Source of the DNA: Lama guanicoe
Taxonomy: Eukaryota
Assembly (NCBI GenBank): GCA_013239625.1
Contig: MU053994.1
Location: 1,367,775-1,431,774 of the forward strand
Reading direction: 5' to 3'
DNA: 64,000 nucleotides
The notes below the pieces were generated by a model that worked only from the letters and a program-made list of their open reading frames with translations, was not told the DNA's origin and did not search any database. This document shows positions 39,825 to 50,660 of the stretch, one piece after another (within the stretch, counting starts at the first letter, position 1; each line of letters begins with the position of its first letter). The position numbers were made by a program, and so were the translations under genes.

Positions 39825-40278
39825 CGGGCTCTTAACCTGAGGTCTGTAAATTTAAAAGGTCTGGGAAACTTGAGTGAGAAAAAGTCATCCTTATTTTTAC
39901 TACTATGTAACTAAAGTTTAGCATTTCCTTCAAATAGCATTGCAGGCAAGAGGCCATAATGGTATTAGCAATACTTGTCACCAGTGAATTCATTTTCATA
40001 TCATATGAGAGTTGCGGTAAACATCTCAAAATGTCATTCATGGAGATCATTTCTGAAATTGTGGTAGTTACTGGATCTGCTGCTAGATCTTGTTATTTAA
40101 TGCATTAGTAAAGGACTATATTCATTTCTCCATCATGAATTTGTTTTATAATGTTTTGCTAAATATTAAAATATCATTTTATTTTCTTCAATTAAAAACA
40201 CGATTCCAAGAAGGAGTCTATTAGGCTTCACCAGACTGGCTGAGGCATCCATGGTACGAGAAAGTTTAAGAAATCCTG
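39825..40278 (-). mobile_element. hAT-Charlie non-autonomous element (Charlie4a-like)
   Basis: TIR-like ends cgggctcttaacct ... aagtttaagaaatcctg; subterminal taggcttcaccagactggc...tccatggtac. Confidence 0.75.
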
Positions 40279-40504
40279 ATTGAGATGGAGATAGCTGGCC
40301 TGTAAAGAGCTACATCTAGACCTGTCTCAGGGAACAGAAATCCAGGACTCAGAGTTGAACTGAGTATCTGGAAAAGACTTTGGTTTCTGTCTCTTTGTGA
40401 GGGGGATAAGTACATGTGTACTGTATGTGGGATGGATGCATTAAATAGGGTGAGGACATTTTTGGAAGAGTGTGTATGGATTCGGGGCTGCCAAAGGGTG
40501 GAGG

Positions 40505-41035
40505 GTAGTGGGTATATGTTAGTCCTATTTCCCAAGACTCTTTACCTCTTTCTTCTAGAAATGGAATCCCCTTTTCTTTTGGGGAACTAAGGTTTAGTTG
40601 TGTTTAAAATCACCCCAGCTCCTCCCTCCAACCCCTGCCCCAGGGGTGGACATGTGAGCTAGGCTTGCCCAGTCAGAGAATTGCATCCTCTTGGCTAGAG
40701 AGACTGGTTCAGAGCAGGACATGTGTCCTAAAACAGACCAGTGAATCTTCCCTGAGATACTTCTGCTGAGACAATCAAGTTGGTGTTGTCTTTTTTTTAG
40801 ATTATAAGTTATAAGGACAGAAAAACTGGAGCTGCTTGAAGCAATCTTTCCCAGCTCAGGGACAAAGCTATTTTCAGGAGGAGTGAATGAGGCTTAGGAA
40901 GAAAAAGCAAGGACAAGTAAAGCAAAGAGCCAGAGACAAGAGCCCAGTAACTTCAGTTACTTGAACTAATAAACCCCCCTTGGCTTGTTTTGATTGGGTC
41001 TCTGTCACTTGCAACCAGAAGATTTCTGACTTATA
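40505..41035 (+). mobile_element. MaLR LTR (MLT1J/K-type), followed by (AG)n at about 41039-41058
   Basis: 3' end cttcagttacttgaactaataaacccccc...gggtctctgtcacttgcaaccagaagatttctgacttataca. Confidence 0.75.
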
Positions 41036-41149
41036 CATTGAGAGAGAGAGAGAGAGAGAAACAGTGTGTATGTACATGTGTGTTTTATCCCAGCAGAAAT
41101 TAAGAATGATTGAGAATTGGATTTCTATGTAATTGTTAGGTGTTTATTG

Positions 41150-41262
41150 TTTTTGTTTTTATAGATGAAGAACTGAAGACACAGTGATTAAATAATCCTC
41201 CCAATATCACACAGATAGAAAGTGACAAAGCCAGGATTTGATATATTTTGTTCCTAAATCCA
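41150..41262 (-). mobile_element. MIR fragment
   Basis: ttttatagatgaagaactgaagacacag...cccaatatcacacagatagaaagtgacaaagccaggatttga. Confidence 0.7.
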
Positions 41263-42214
41263 TATTTAATATGAATTCAAATGGGATAATGAGACAGGAA
41301 AAAGAGCCTTTAGCACTTAGGTTCCCCAAACTTACCTGGCATTTGGCTTGGTGGGAGGGAAGTGGGTAGATGGAGCACCGCAAAACTTCCCTTACTCAGG
41401 GATTCCTTCACCATCTAAGTCTTCTTCTTCCTTTCTGACTTTCTCCCCCTAGCCTGGTGCTGGGATGCCTGCTTGTACAGCATCACGCTGTCTCATGTCT
41501 AAGGGCTTTGGAATTCTAGGCACTGTGACCTTCATGGCTTGCAAAATTTAAAATTCTTTTCTCTGGTTGTTTGTTGGATGTTTTTCTGCCTTAGGTCAGT
41601 AAATACTATTGATTAGAAATGAGAGGTTCCTTTTGGAACCCAGGGATTTCTTTCTTGTTCTGTTCATTCCTGTCTTCCTCCCTTCCTTCCCCCGCCCCTT
41701 CTTCTCTCTCCCTCCCTCCCTCCTTCTCCTTCCTTCCTTCCTTCCCAAGCTGTGTACGTATTTACTTTTTCAGTATGTTTGATCAAATATCTCTGTGTGT
41801 TTGCAGTGGGAGCCCAGTGAGCGCCATCCTTGTTAGCTCAGTCTAGCAAGTTATTGAAACACCACAGATCTTTCCCAGCCCAATCCTTCCACCAGGTTCT
41901 TGATTCACTCATACTGCCTTCATTTTGACTTGAAGGAAACCTGAATCATGGGGGTTCCAGGTGTGATATCAGGCGTGAGTTTGCAGAAGAGGGATGGCAT
42001 GGCTTAGGACTGCCTAGGGATAGATTGTGGTCTGGAGATGGTGTGTCTGGTCCTGCCTCTATCCCGAGAGGCATTGCATTTATCAGATCAATCCTTTCTG
42101 TTACAAGGAGCCCTAATTAATGCATGCACTGATTTGTTCTTCCCTGCTGAGGACTTCAGATTAATGATTACTGGGTGCCACATGTGCTATCTCTTATGTA
42201 TCTTTAATAAAAAT

Positions 42215-42470
42215 AACGATGCTACAATTTACAGTAGCCTCACTGTGTTCGGGCGCCCTGGGCAAAGCCCTCCACATTCATTACTGCATTTAACCCTCCC
42301 ATCACCTGATGAGGCAACTCTTGTGCATTATTTCCCTTACCGCATAGAGGAAGGAACTGAGGCTCAAAGAATTTCAGTAAATTTCTCAAGGTCACAGTGC
42401 TAGAAAGAGGTAAGGCAGGTTTCACACCAAGGTTTGTTTTATTTCATAGCACTTAACCACTTGCCATCAT
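42215..42470 (-). mobile_element. MIR SINE
   Basis: gaggaaggaactgaggctcaaaga...tctcaaggtcacagtgctagaaag...cacttaaccact. Confidence 0.7.
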
Positions 42471-42704
42471 GCTGTTATGTTTTAATGTTAAGGGGAAGTG
42501 AGAAATTTAATAATAGAACTTGGGCAAGGTGGAAATAAAAATGAGGTAGCACTGTTGCATCACTCTTACAACTACCCTTCTTTCAATCCCCTTACATTTG
42601 CCAAGTGCCTCCTAAGAGCCAGCCCTGTAGGTCAGTGCCGGGGGTAGGCAGCGAGGCACAGCCACTGCCCTTCACCCCAGAGTTGTCAGTTGTGCTCATC
42701 AGAA

Positions 42705-43060
42705 ATGGATGCCAAGACAGAGTCTAGGGTAAGAGGTATCTGTTGGGGATCAGCACCCATGAAAAGGAGGAGTTGAAAGCAAGATGGTACAAAGGAATAA
42801 TGGGAAATGTGATGCAGGCCTGAACAAAACCTCGGCCAGCCCAGCAGGGAGCTCTGGAAGGAGGGTTGTCCTTGAGGGCATCCCACGTTGGACCGAAATG
42901 ACCAGGCCTTTATATCTCTGCCTCACCCACTCACCAGAGGACAGTCACCCCGGAAGGCCATGACCCTGGGCGAGGCAGCTGGGGCAGATCCTGAAGGCTG
43001 ACACCTGGAGGTTGACTGCGGGGCTGGACTCTGAGCTGTGTGATGGAGTACTGACTACAT
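42705..43060 (-). mobile_element. ERVL LTR (LTR16-type)
   Basis: atggatgccaagacagagtctagggtaagaggtatctgttggggatcagcacccatgaaaagg...gggagctctggaag...gaccaggcctttatatc. Confidence 0.7.
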
Positions 43061-43649
43061 TTAGGGAGTTTATAAATAGCAGAGGGCATGGGTAGAGGAC
43101 AGAAATATGACAGGTTGACCAGGGAAAGGTTCCCAGAGTCTGGCTGAGCCAAAGACAGCCTTGCTCCAGGGAGAACTCAGGTTCTTGTAGACAACCAACA
43201 GAAAAGGAGGGGCTCTGTGCCCTCTGCCACGTTGGAGTGGCACACTGAAGGCCGACAGAGGGAGGTTAAGCCCAAGGTCAGAAACCTTCGGGACGGGGGT
43301 GCCTGGGAGAAGAAAGAGCAAGGGCAAACAGAATATCAGCTCCATGGTACACTGGGGAGCCTGAAGGCCTCGAGCCTGGACATAGGCCCAATTAGGTGAA
43401 GACCCCATTGACTAGGTGTTATGAGGGAGAGTCCCCAAACTCTCTATGGCTCCTATAAGATACCTGTAAGTAAAAGTGAAGCCAAAATCTAAAAGTGGTG
43501 AGACAGAACATACAAATGGCTCCAGGCACTCTCTGACTCTGTGTTCAATGTGTCTGCTCATCTGTCCACCATGCTCCATCATCTGTTGTCTTGGCATCAT
43601 GACCTTAACCACAGCGATGATCTCAATATATTAAAACAGCCCATGTGGG

Positions 43650-44060
43650 GTGAATGTGCTGAGTGGGAAGAGGGGGCAGTGGCCTCCCATTTTGGCCCTC
43701 TTATAAATTTGGAGATGCGGGAGGTGTATTGGAGAGGGCCTCGACTGCCTAGACAAGAAGGGTGCACTTATTTTGGCAAGGATTGAGGAGTCACTGAAGA
43801 ATTGGGATCTCAAGAGTGATGGAGAGATTGGACCTGGGATTTAGAAGGACCCATTTGCTAGCAGTGTTCTAGATACTCTGGAACAGTGAGAGGTGGGAGG
43901 TGGACAGACAGTATACTGTCTTGGTCAAGGAGGTGAAGGAAGGGAGCCTGAGCTGTAGGGAGGGTGGCAGTAGAAAGAAGGATTGGGTAGGGGAGACAAT
44001 GAAGTCACTCGTGTTTCTGACCTTGATGATGAAGAGAATGGTGGGTCCCTCTAACAGCAA
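43650..44060 (-). mobile_element. L2 fragment
   Basis: ggagagggcctcgactgcctagacaagaagggtgcacttattttgg...ggagtcactgaag...gatttagaaggacc. Confidence 0.55.
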
Positions 44061-44177
44061 TTGGGGGTCTAGAGGAGGAGCTGGTTGAGAGGGAAGGGAG
44101 CCGGAGAGAGAGAAGGAGAGAGCATTTCTTTCTGTTGTGAGATAATTTAATGGGAGAAAAATTCAGAATTTTGAATG

Positions 44178-44670
44178 TGTAACCTAGCTTGAGTCTCCCT
44201 GAAAGAAACCAGGAGATGAGGATTTGTGTGCAGGTGGTTTCGTAAGGAAGTGCTTCTGGGGAAACCTGCAAGGGGGAAGGGGAAGCAGGAAAAAGAAAAG
44301 GAAAAGAGAAGGGAAAGAACCAAGCAGGGCGTACACTCAGACACTGACCCACGTGGCGGCTCTGCAGGGGAGCCGTGCCTCCCAGTCAGCTTCCACCCGG
44401 TCTAAGGGATCTGGGCTTCCACACTCCTGCCCCCGTCAGTCCATGACCAAGAGCCGCCAAGGGGGAAGGCCATCTCCCAGGCACGTCCAGCTATCTGCAC
44501 AAGTGTGCAAAGTGGCTCCATCCTCCTAGTCTGAGGGCTCTCCTCCCAAAGCAAAGCGTAGGTGTTGAGTGTTAGAAGTAAAAGCACAGTGAGCAAGCAG
44601 GGCACACATACAAGGGTCAAAAGGGATCCTAGGAGATCTGGGTAGGGCGCCAACATCACCCACTGTCACA
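44178..44670 (-). mobile_element. ERVL LTR (LTR16/LTR33-type)
   Basis: tgtaacctagcttgagtctccctgaaagaaaccaggagatgaggatttgtgtgcaggtggtttcgtaaggaagtgc...gatctgggtagggcgccaaca. Confidence 0.7.
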
Positions 44671-45826
44671 GGGAGCATTGTCTTGAGAAAGAACAGCAGC
44701 TGGCCAGCCAGTGTCCTGGCCGGGCTGTTCCCCATCCTCCTCCAGCCATCTGCTGCTTCAAGGAATCAAGTTTGGAATCCTGGGCAGTGTTTTGCTATTT
44801 CACCGCAGATTCACCCTTTTCCATAGAAAGTGGGAAGCCAGAAGGAGCATGTCTCGATGCTGAGCATCTAATGGGCTACAATGTGCCCTGATGCTCTGGT
44901 CTGGCGGCGCGCCACAACCACCTGCAAATCCAAAGTGAATTAAGCCAGGTCCCTGGAGGAGAGGGGAAGGAGGAGTCCTTCCTCGCAAATAAGTAACAAT
45001 GAGAACCACAGGAATACAGAGCCAGACTAAAAGGCCACCTTCTCAGATCCTCCTACTTACTCAGTCCTGCGCTGTGAGTGTCAGGCAAAGCACAGGGCCA
45101 AGGCCTCTGAAAAGTGAATCCTAAAACAAAGGGCTTGGTCAGGGTCTCACTCCAGCCTCCTCCAGCTACCTTCTGTTCCAACAGGCCCATGTCTAAGCCA
45201 TACTGCTTGTTCAATATTTTGCATCCCACCCCTGCTTCTTTTTACTCCTAGTCCCAACCTCTGTGGCTCCTGCCCACCTCACTCCCAGAGAGGGAGGGAG
45301 GCAGGCCTCACTTTGCCCTCAGCTTCGAAGCAGCAAAAAAGAAAACAGTGGACCGCTGGGAGTCAGTTGTTTATTTCCCAAAGCACCAGCGCTGTCGCTC
45401 TGTCCCCCTTCCTGTCAGAGAAGAGTGCCCTGTGACCTCCTCAGCTGCTCGTCTCTGGGGCCCCCCTCACCCCTGGGGGTCCAGCCCAGAGCAAGGTTGT
45501 CAAAGTGGTGCCTTTTCCCCACATGGACCACGCTGACATCCCTACTTATTCCCACTCTCCAGTTTTCTCTGGTTTGGCATCCTTCCAATCCCACAGGAAT
45601 TCAGCTGATAAATGAATTCATACTCAAAGGTTATTGACTTAATTTGTCACCCCCATCCAGGAGCTGTTTGCACTGAAAAGAGATCCGCCAGGGAGAGGGC
45701 AATGTTTAACTGCAAAGCATGCCTTTCTGATAGGGGTTGGGGGTGGGGAGTTAGTCAGCGTGGCCCTCGGGTAGCCCCCTTCAGATCACCACCAAGGAGA
45801 ATCCTTCTCTCAGCAAATTCCAGCTG

Positions 45827-46005
45827 CAGGGATTTCCCAACCTTAGTGCACACTGGGATGGCCTGGGACACGTGAGACACGCTACAGATTCTTGTGCCCT
45901 AAACATTTGATTAAGTAGGTCTGAGTAAGGCCCAGGCATCTACATTTTCATCCGCTCATCACTTTCTGATGGGAGTGGTCCATGGACCATATTTTGAAAA
46001 ATACT
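45827..46005. mobile_element. MER5B-like MITE
   Basis: cagggatttcccaacctt...gtaggtctgagtaaggcccaggcatctacatttt...ggtccatggaccatattttgaaaaatac. Confidence 0.7.
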
Positions 46006-46008
46006 TGG

Positions 46009-46417
46009 GTATTAGTTTCCTCAGGCTGCCATAACAAAGTACCTCAGCCTGTGTAGTTTGAACAACAGAACTTTCTTTCCTCACAGTTCTGGAGGCTGGA
46101 AGTCCAAGATCAAGGTGTCGGCAGGGTTGGTTTCTCCTGGGGCCTCTCTCCTTGGCTTGCAGACGGCCGCCTTCTCACCATGTCCTCACATGGTATTTGC
46201 TCCGTCTGTTCACACTCCAGGGGTCTCTTTGTGTGTCCCAGTTCCTCTTATATGGACACCAGTGAGATGGGAGTAAGGTCCACTGGCCTTATTTTAACTT
46301 AATCGTATAGTTAATGGCTCCAGCACCAAATGCAGTCATATTCTAAGGTACTGAGGGTTAGGGCTTCAACATGTCAGTTTGGAGTTGGGAGTGGGGGGCA
46401 TGATCTAGCCGATAACA
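46009..46417 (-). mobile_element. MaLR solo LTR (MLT1A/B-type)
   Basis: gtattagtttcctcaggctgccataacaaagtacc...tcacagttctggaggctggaagtccaagatcaaggtgtcggcaggg. Confidence 0.9.
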
Positions 46418-46580
46418 GGTGTATAGAAACAACAATAAAAAGGCGTTTATGAAGGGGCAGCAGAAACCAAGTTCTTCCTTCTTTTCACTAAATGCAAGAC
46501 AAACGCTCTACCCAGCGTGAAAGAGATTGTGCAGAAAGCACTGGGGATCCGCAGGTGAAGTGCAGGCTGCGGGCCTTGTA

Positions 46581-46599
46581 CAGCACCCCCTGTTGGCAC
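46581..46599 (-). promoter_or_regulatory. CTCF core motif
   Basis: The minus strand reads GTGCCAACAGGGGGTGCTG, close to the CTCF consensus (GGCCASYAGRGGGCGCT), in CpG-retaining unique sequence. Confidence 0.55.
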
Positions 46600-46814
46600 T
46601 GCTGGCCTCTGTTTAGGCAGCCACCTTGGCTCACCCTCTAGATGGCCTTTCCATCTGTTATTCCTCTTAGGAAACAGGCTTTCTTCTTTGAGCTTCATGG
46701 GAGAGAACAGTCTTTGGTGTTGGCACCAGCATGGCCGCCGGAGGCAGCCCTTGCCTCTGCCTTTCTTCCCCCAGAAAGAAGCCGAGGACCCTTCACCCTC
46801 CCCACTCATCATCA

Positions 46815-47620
46815 CCACAGGCAATCTAATTACAGCCTTGTCTTAAAAGAGGAACTCACTTACAATTGAGACTTCTTTCTTATGAAAATGTAACATCTCG
46901 AACTATGTTTTTATGGCCCCCCTTATTGAAAAATAAAAAAGGAAATTAATTAATTTCCTTGTACACGGGAAAGACTCATGAGGTCTTGCTGGTTTTGCAC
47001 GAAAAAGATGCGCTCGCTCGCTCTCTCACCCTCTCTCTCTCTGCCTCCTGCTGTGTGACAGTGAAATGCTAAAATGATTTTGGCAGGAGAATATTCTCAA
47101 AGGCTGTTTTTATTTCAGCAGCAGAAGAGTATCTCAGAACGCAGGCTGCACCTCTGCCCTGTGGGGCTGTTTCTAATTGCACGAGGTGAGCTGCAGAAAT
47201 CCTTCCCCCAGCCGGGTGGGGAGAAAGCGGCCAGAAACCTAAGAAAGATAATCATGTCTGCCACACTCAGCACTCACCACTTAAAGGAATTAACTTGTTG
47301 GAATAAAATATTTCTACGGGTTCAGAAAACTATGCTTTAGAATAATGAGGCTGACCCGTTCCTTGCGCACTGCAATCACTGGGGTTTGTTTCTTCTCTCT
47401 CTAATCACAACATGCGATCTTCCTCTTTGCTCACACCTCTGTATTCAAGACTGGCTGCGAATACTTGAGATTGAGAAAATGAGATCACCTTCTCATTTTC
47501 AGTGTGAAATAATTGCCCAAGGATGGAAACTGACAAACAAGAATGGATTTCGGAAAGCAGCCCACTTGTGCTTTAGGATAGCCCAAGTAGAATGGAGATA
47601 GGTGCATTCTGTCTCATCAA
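46815..47620. promoter_or_regulatory. Candidate conserved non-coding element / developmental enhancer
   Basis: Repeat-free. Contains TAATTA, TTTTATGGCC (posterior HOX/CDX), a 22-bp palindrome, TGACAG (MEIS) and retained CpGs. Confidence 0.5.
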
Positions 47621-47695
47621 CTTCTCCCAGCCTCCCACCCCTTTAGAAAATGAGTAGTGCTTTCGCAGACCTGGATTGATTTAAAATTTTAAAGA

Positions 47696-47873
47696 TTACA
47701 CTGTATAGCACAGGGAAATATACACAAAATGTTATGATAAATCACAGAAAAAAAAATGTGACAATGAGTGTGTATATGTCCATGAATGACTGAAAAATTG
47801 TGCTGAACACTGGAATTTGACGCAACACTGTAAAATGATTATGAATCAATAAAAAATGTAAAAAAAAATAAAA
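47696..47873 (+). mobile_element. Young, heavily 5'-truncated camelid-type L1 3' end with TSD
   Basis: Closely matches the 3'UTR at 12929-13090. TSD aaaattttaaaga at 47683-47695 and 47875-47887 sits at a TT/AAAA endonuclease site. Confidence 0.95.
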
Positions 47874-47929
47874 TAAAATTTTAAAGACAGTGGAGATGCT
47901 ATGTTTAATTAAAATCCTATAACTGTACT

Positions 47930-48650
47930 GCAGCATAAAGGTATGAAGTTCTGGGGGGTAAGCCTCTTGTGATTCATTCTTAGCATCACTTCTTATTGGC
48001 TGTGTGGCCTTAGGCAAATTATCTAACCTCTCTGTGCCTCAGTATTTTAATTTATAAAAATGTGACAATGGTAATGCTTTATGAGATGGTGAGGGCTGAA
48101 TGAGTTAGTACGTGTAAAGTGCTTAGAATGATGATCAACATAGAGCAAATAGTCAATAGATATTGGCTATTCTTATTTATGCTCTTGGAAAAGAAAGAGG
48201 GGATGCCGTTTTTCTCTCCATCAGAAATATTTGTTAAGCATTGTGCTCGGGTATAAGGAAAATTAATCAAGGACCCTGCCCTCAAGGAGCTTGTTGTTCA
48301 GTGTATATGCCTGATACGTAAACAACTTACTATAAGACAAATTTGAGTAAGTGCTGAGTGAGGGTATTAGTAATATTGAATGGGGGCCATGAGAGGAGAA
48401 GCACTTAATTGGAGGAGAAGGTATAGATGGCATCATGAAGGAGGTGGCATTTAAGCTGGGCTTTGGCAGGATAAAAGATCTCTGTAAGCAGAGAACAAAA
48501 GAAAGATGTTGCAGACTGTGGAAGAACCAGGGATGCAAGCAAGGGAGGAGTCCATGGTAACTTTAGAGAAAGGCAAGGATCCTGTGATTTTGAGATGAAG
48601 GAATGGAGTGGACCTGGGGCTAGGAAGGTAGTTGAGGCCTCCTCTGTCCT
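47930..48650. mobile_element. MIR (+, about 47930-48170) and L2 3' end (-, about 48215-48650)
   Basis: ggctgtgtggccttaggcaaattatctaacctctctgtgcctcagt; aaatatttgttaagcatt...ccctgccctcaaggagcttg...gaaggaggtggcatttaagctgggc. Confidence 0.85.
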
Positions 48651-48837
48651 GCAGCAACTGGCATCCTGAGTTTTATTTCCAGGAGAAAGAACTGGAAATG
48701 ATATTGGAGTAGTAAGTGTTTCCCAGATTTTTTTCCCTGGAAGAATTTGATGAAAAAAAAATTTAATAATGAGTCAAGTCCTATAGTTACCAACTCTGAT
48801 TTAGCAGGAAGAGCCACCCCCCAATTCTGTCCATGCA

Positions 48838-49215
48838 GGTCATTTTACACCCCGAGAAATCTTTGTAGTCACTACAAAAGTGCAGCTACCTCTGGGGTGC
48901 AATGCAGCCGCTATTTAACTGTCACGTAACATGACAATCGAGTGTCCTATTAGAGCAAAAATTTAATTGTGAAGACGGGTACCATATTTAACTGCAATCC
49001 TGGGGGGAATTTAGGTTGACAGGCTGTAATTACCCAAACTGGAACCTGGCCAGGACACACCTACTCTTTGCCAAAAGAGCCACAGGGGTTTCGACCATGG
49101 CTGAAGCAGCCGGTCCTGTAGGGTGGGGAATCGGCACTTGCAGCCCCACAGCGCCCCCTAACAGAGTTCTGGGCCAGCGCAGGCGCTGCGGGGAGCTGGC
49201 CTCTTCTGACCCTCT
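48838..49215 (-). mobile_element. AmnSINE1-like (Deu-domain) ancient SINE remnant
   Basis: Collinear blocks match the recalled antisense AmnSINE1 consensus: cattttacacc, aagtgcagctacctctggggtg, gggggaatttaggt, tgtaattacccaaactggaacctggccaggacac, cctactcttt...aaaagagcca, cacagcgccccctaaca. Confidence 0.75.
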
Positions 49216-50049
49216 GTACTTAAAAGTTGCCTCCCAATCACCTCCCTGCCTCCACCTGGGTCCAATCCATCATGGGTTATCAGAAACTTTCCATTTAAGA
49301 TTGCCTGGCTGTGGGTTCTGCAGGCAGGTTTTTGCTAGATCTTATCTATGTCTGTCTGTCTGTTTGGCCCTCTGTCTCTCCCCGGGTCCTGCTGTTTCTC
49401 TCTTATCATGACGGAAGTGCTTGTCCTGATAAAATAATTACCCACCAGAGCACAGTGGTTCTGATCACCAGCTGCTGTTGCTACATGGAGATCAATTAGA
49501 GGCATGTTTTCACTGGGGAAGTGGGCTGGTAGGGCCCGTTTACTAAAAATCCCATTAGGATTCTTACTGTGAAATGCATTATACTTTGGTCTTTCAATGC
49601 AGTTGCTACCAGCAAAAATAAAAATTGAGCCAAGAAGAGGTGGAAAGGTGGCTTGCTGATGTCACTGAAGGGTTAAAAAGGAGAATGTTCTGGGCTACAA
49701 GCAGCAGTGTGAATAAATGTGGTCTTAATTTAAGGTTATGGATTTTTTTTAAAGCCTTGCTTTTTGTCTTCAGAAATCTTTGCATTCATATCAGTTAAAA
49801 AATAATTTAAACAGAAAATAAATGTTGGAGCAAACTCAAATTATTATGTGCATTTTAAATAAACCTTTGTTTTCAACTGCAGACATAGCATATGAATAAT
49901 AACATTAATAATGATCACGATAATTTGTCAACCGATGATCTTTTCCCTCAGACCTTCGAGGCTGTTGGTTCCTGGCCTGGCTGTTTAAACTTAGCCGATC
50001 CTCCTTCATGAAGGGACTTGATGATAACAGTCCTTACTCCCTCTGTAGG

Positions 50050-50140
50050 GTGGAAGAGTACAAAAGCCCAGGGTTCTAGCCCCAGCTCTGCCCTAATTAG
50101 CTGTGTGACCTTGGGCTAGTTGCCTAACATCTCTGGCCAG
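50050..50140 (+). mobile_element. MIR fragment
   Basis: gggttctagccccagctctgccctaattagctgtgtgaccttgggctagttgcctaacatctctgg. Confidence 0.75.
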
Positions 50141-50580
50141 CTGTCAAAGGACAGAATGGTTTCTCAGGGGGATAAGTGGAGCCATAAGGTGAAAAATGAA
50201 AAGCAATGTAGTAATATCACCTGGGAAGATTTTTTTTTCCTTTTTCTTAAAGATAAAAGTTCTGAAAAAAGAAACAGGCTGAAAAAGCAACTTCAACAAA
50301 GCAATTGTTAGGGTACAGGAGAAGTTAGATTAAGACTGTTTTTTTAAAATGTATGGGATGGTTTTCTATTTAGTTTCTAAGGACACATACACATGCATTC
50401 ACACATAGGTATACTTTGGTCATGGGGAAATCCACTTAAAATCATCACTTTTCTGCTCCCCTGGAAAGAGATTCTTACTGCTCTACAAAGGCAACAACAA
50501 CAACATTGTAATATTAGCATCTCTTTAATTCTTCTGATAGTATAAAACTGCCCAGATACTACCAGTAGAAGAATAATATG

Positions 50581-50660
50581 TAAGGTTGAACTATGTGAAA
50601 TTGCCATTTCTATAGGTCAAAAAGAGTTAAACATAGGATATTTCATATAGTTCAAACTAA
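50581..50660. mobile_element. Mariner MITE (MADE2-like, about 80 bp)
   Basis: Imperfect palindrome taaggttgaactatgtgaaatt...tttcatatagttcaaactaa in TA-rich context. Confidence 0.75.

Noticed and set aside
41790..41966. Possible exon after tctctgtgtgtttgcag
   Set aside because: The donor is weak and there is no coherent reading frame or partner exon.
39030..43520. Possible Gypsy-like ancient LTRs at about 39030-39370 and 43070-43520
   Set aside because: The resemblance is only textural; I could not define termini or a family.
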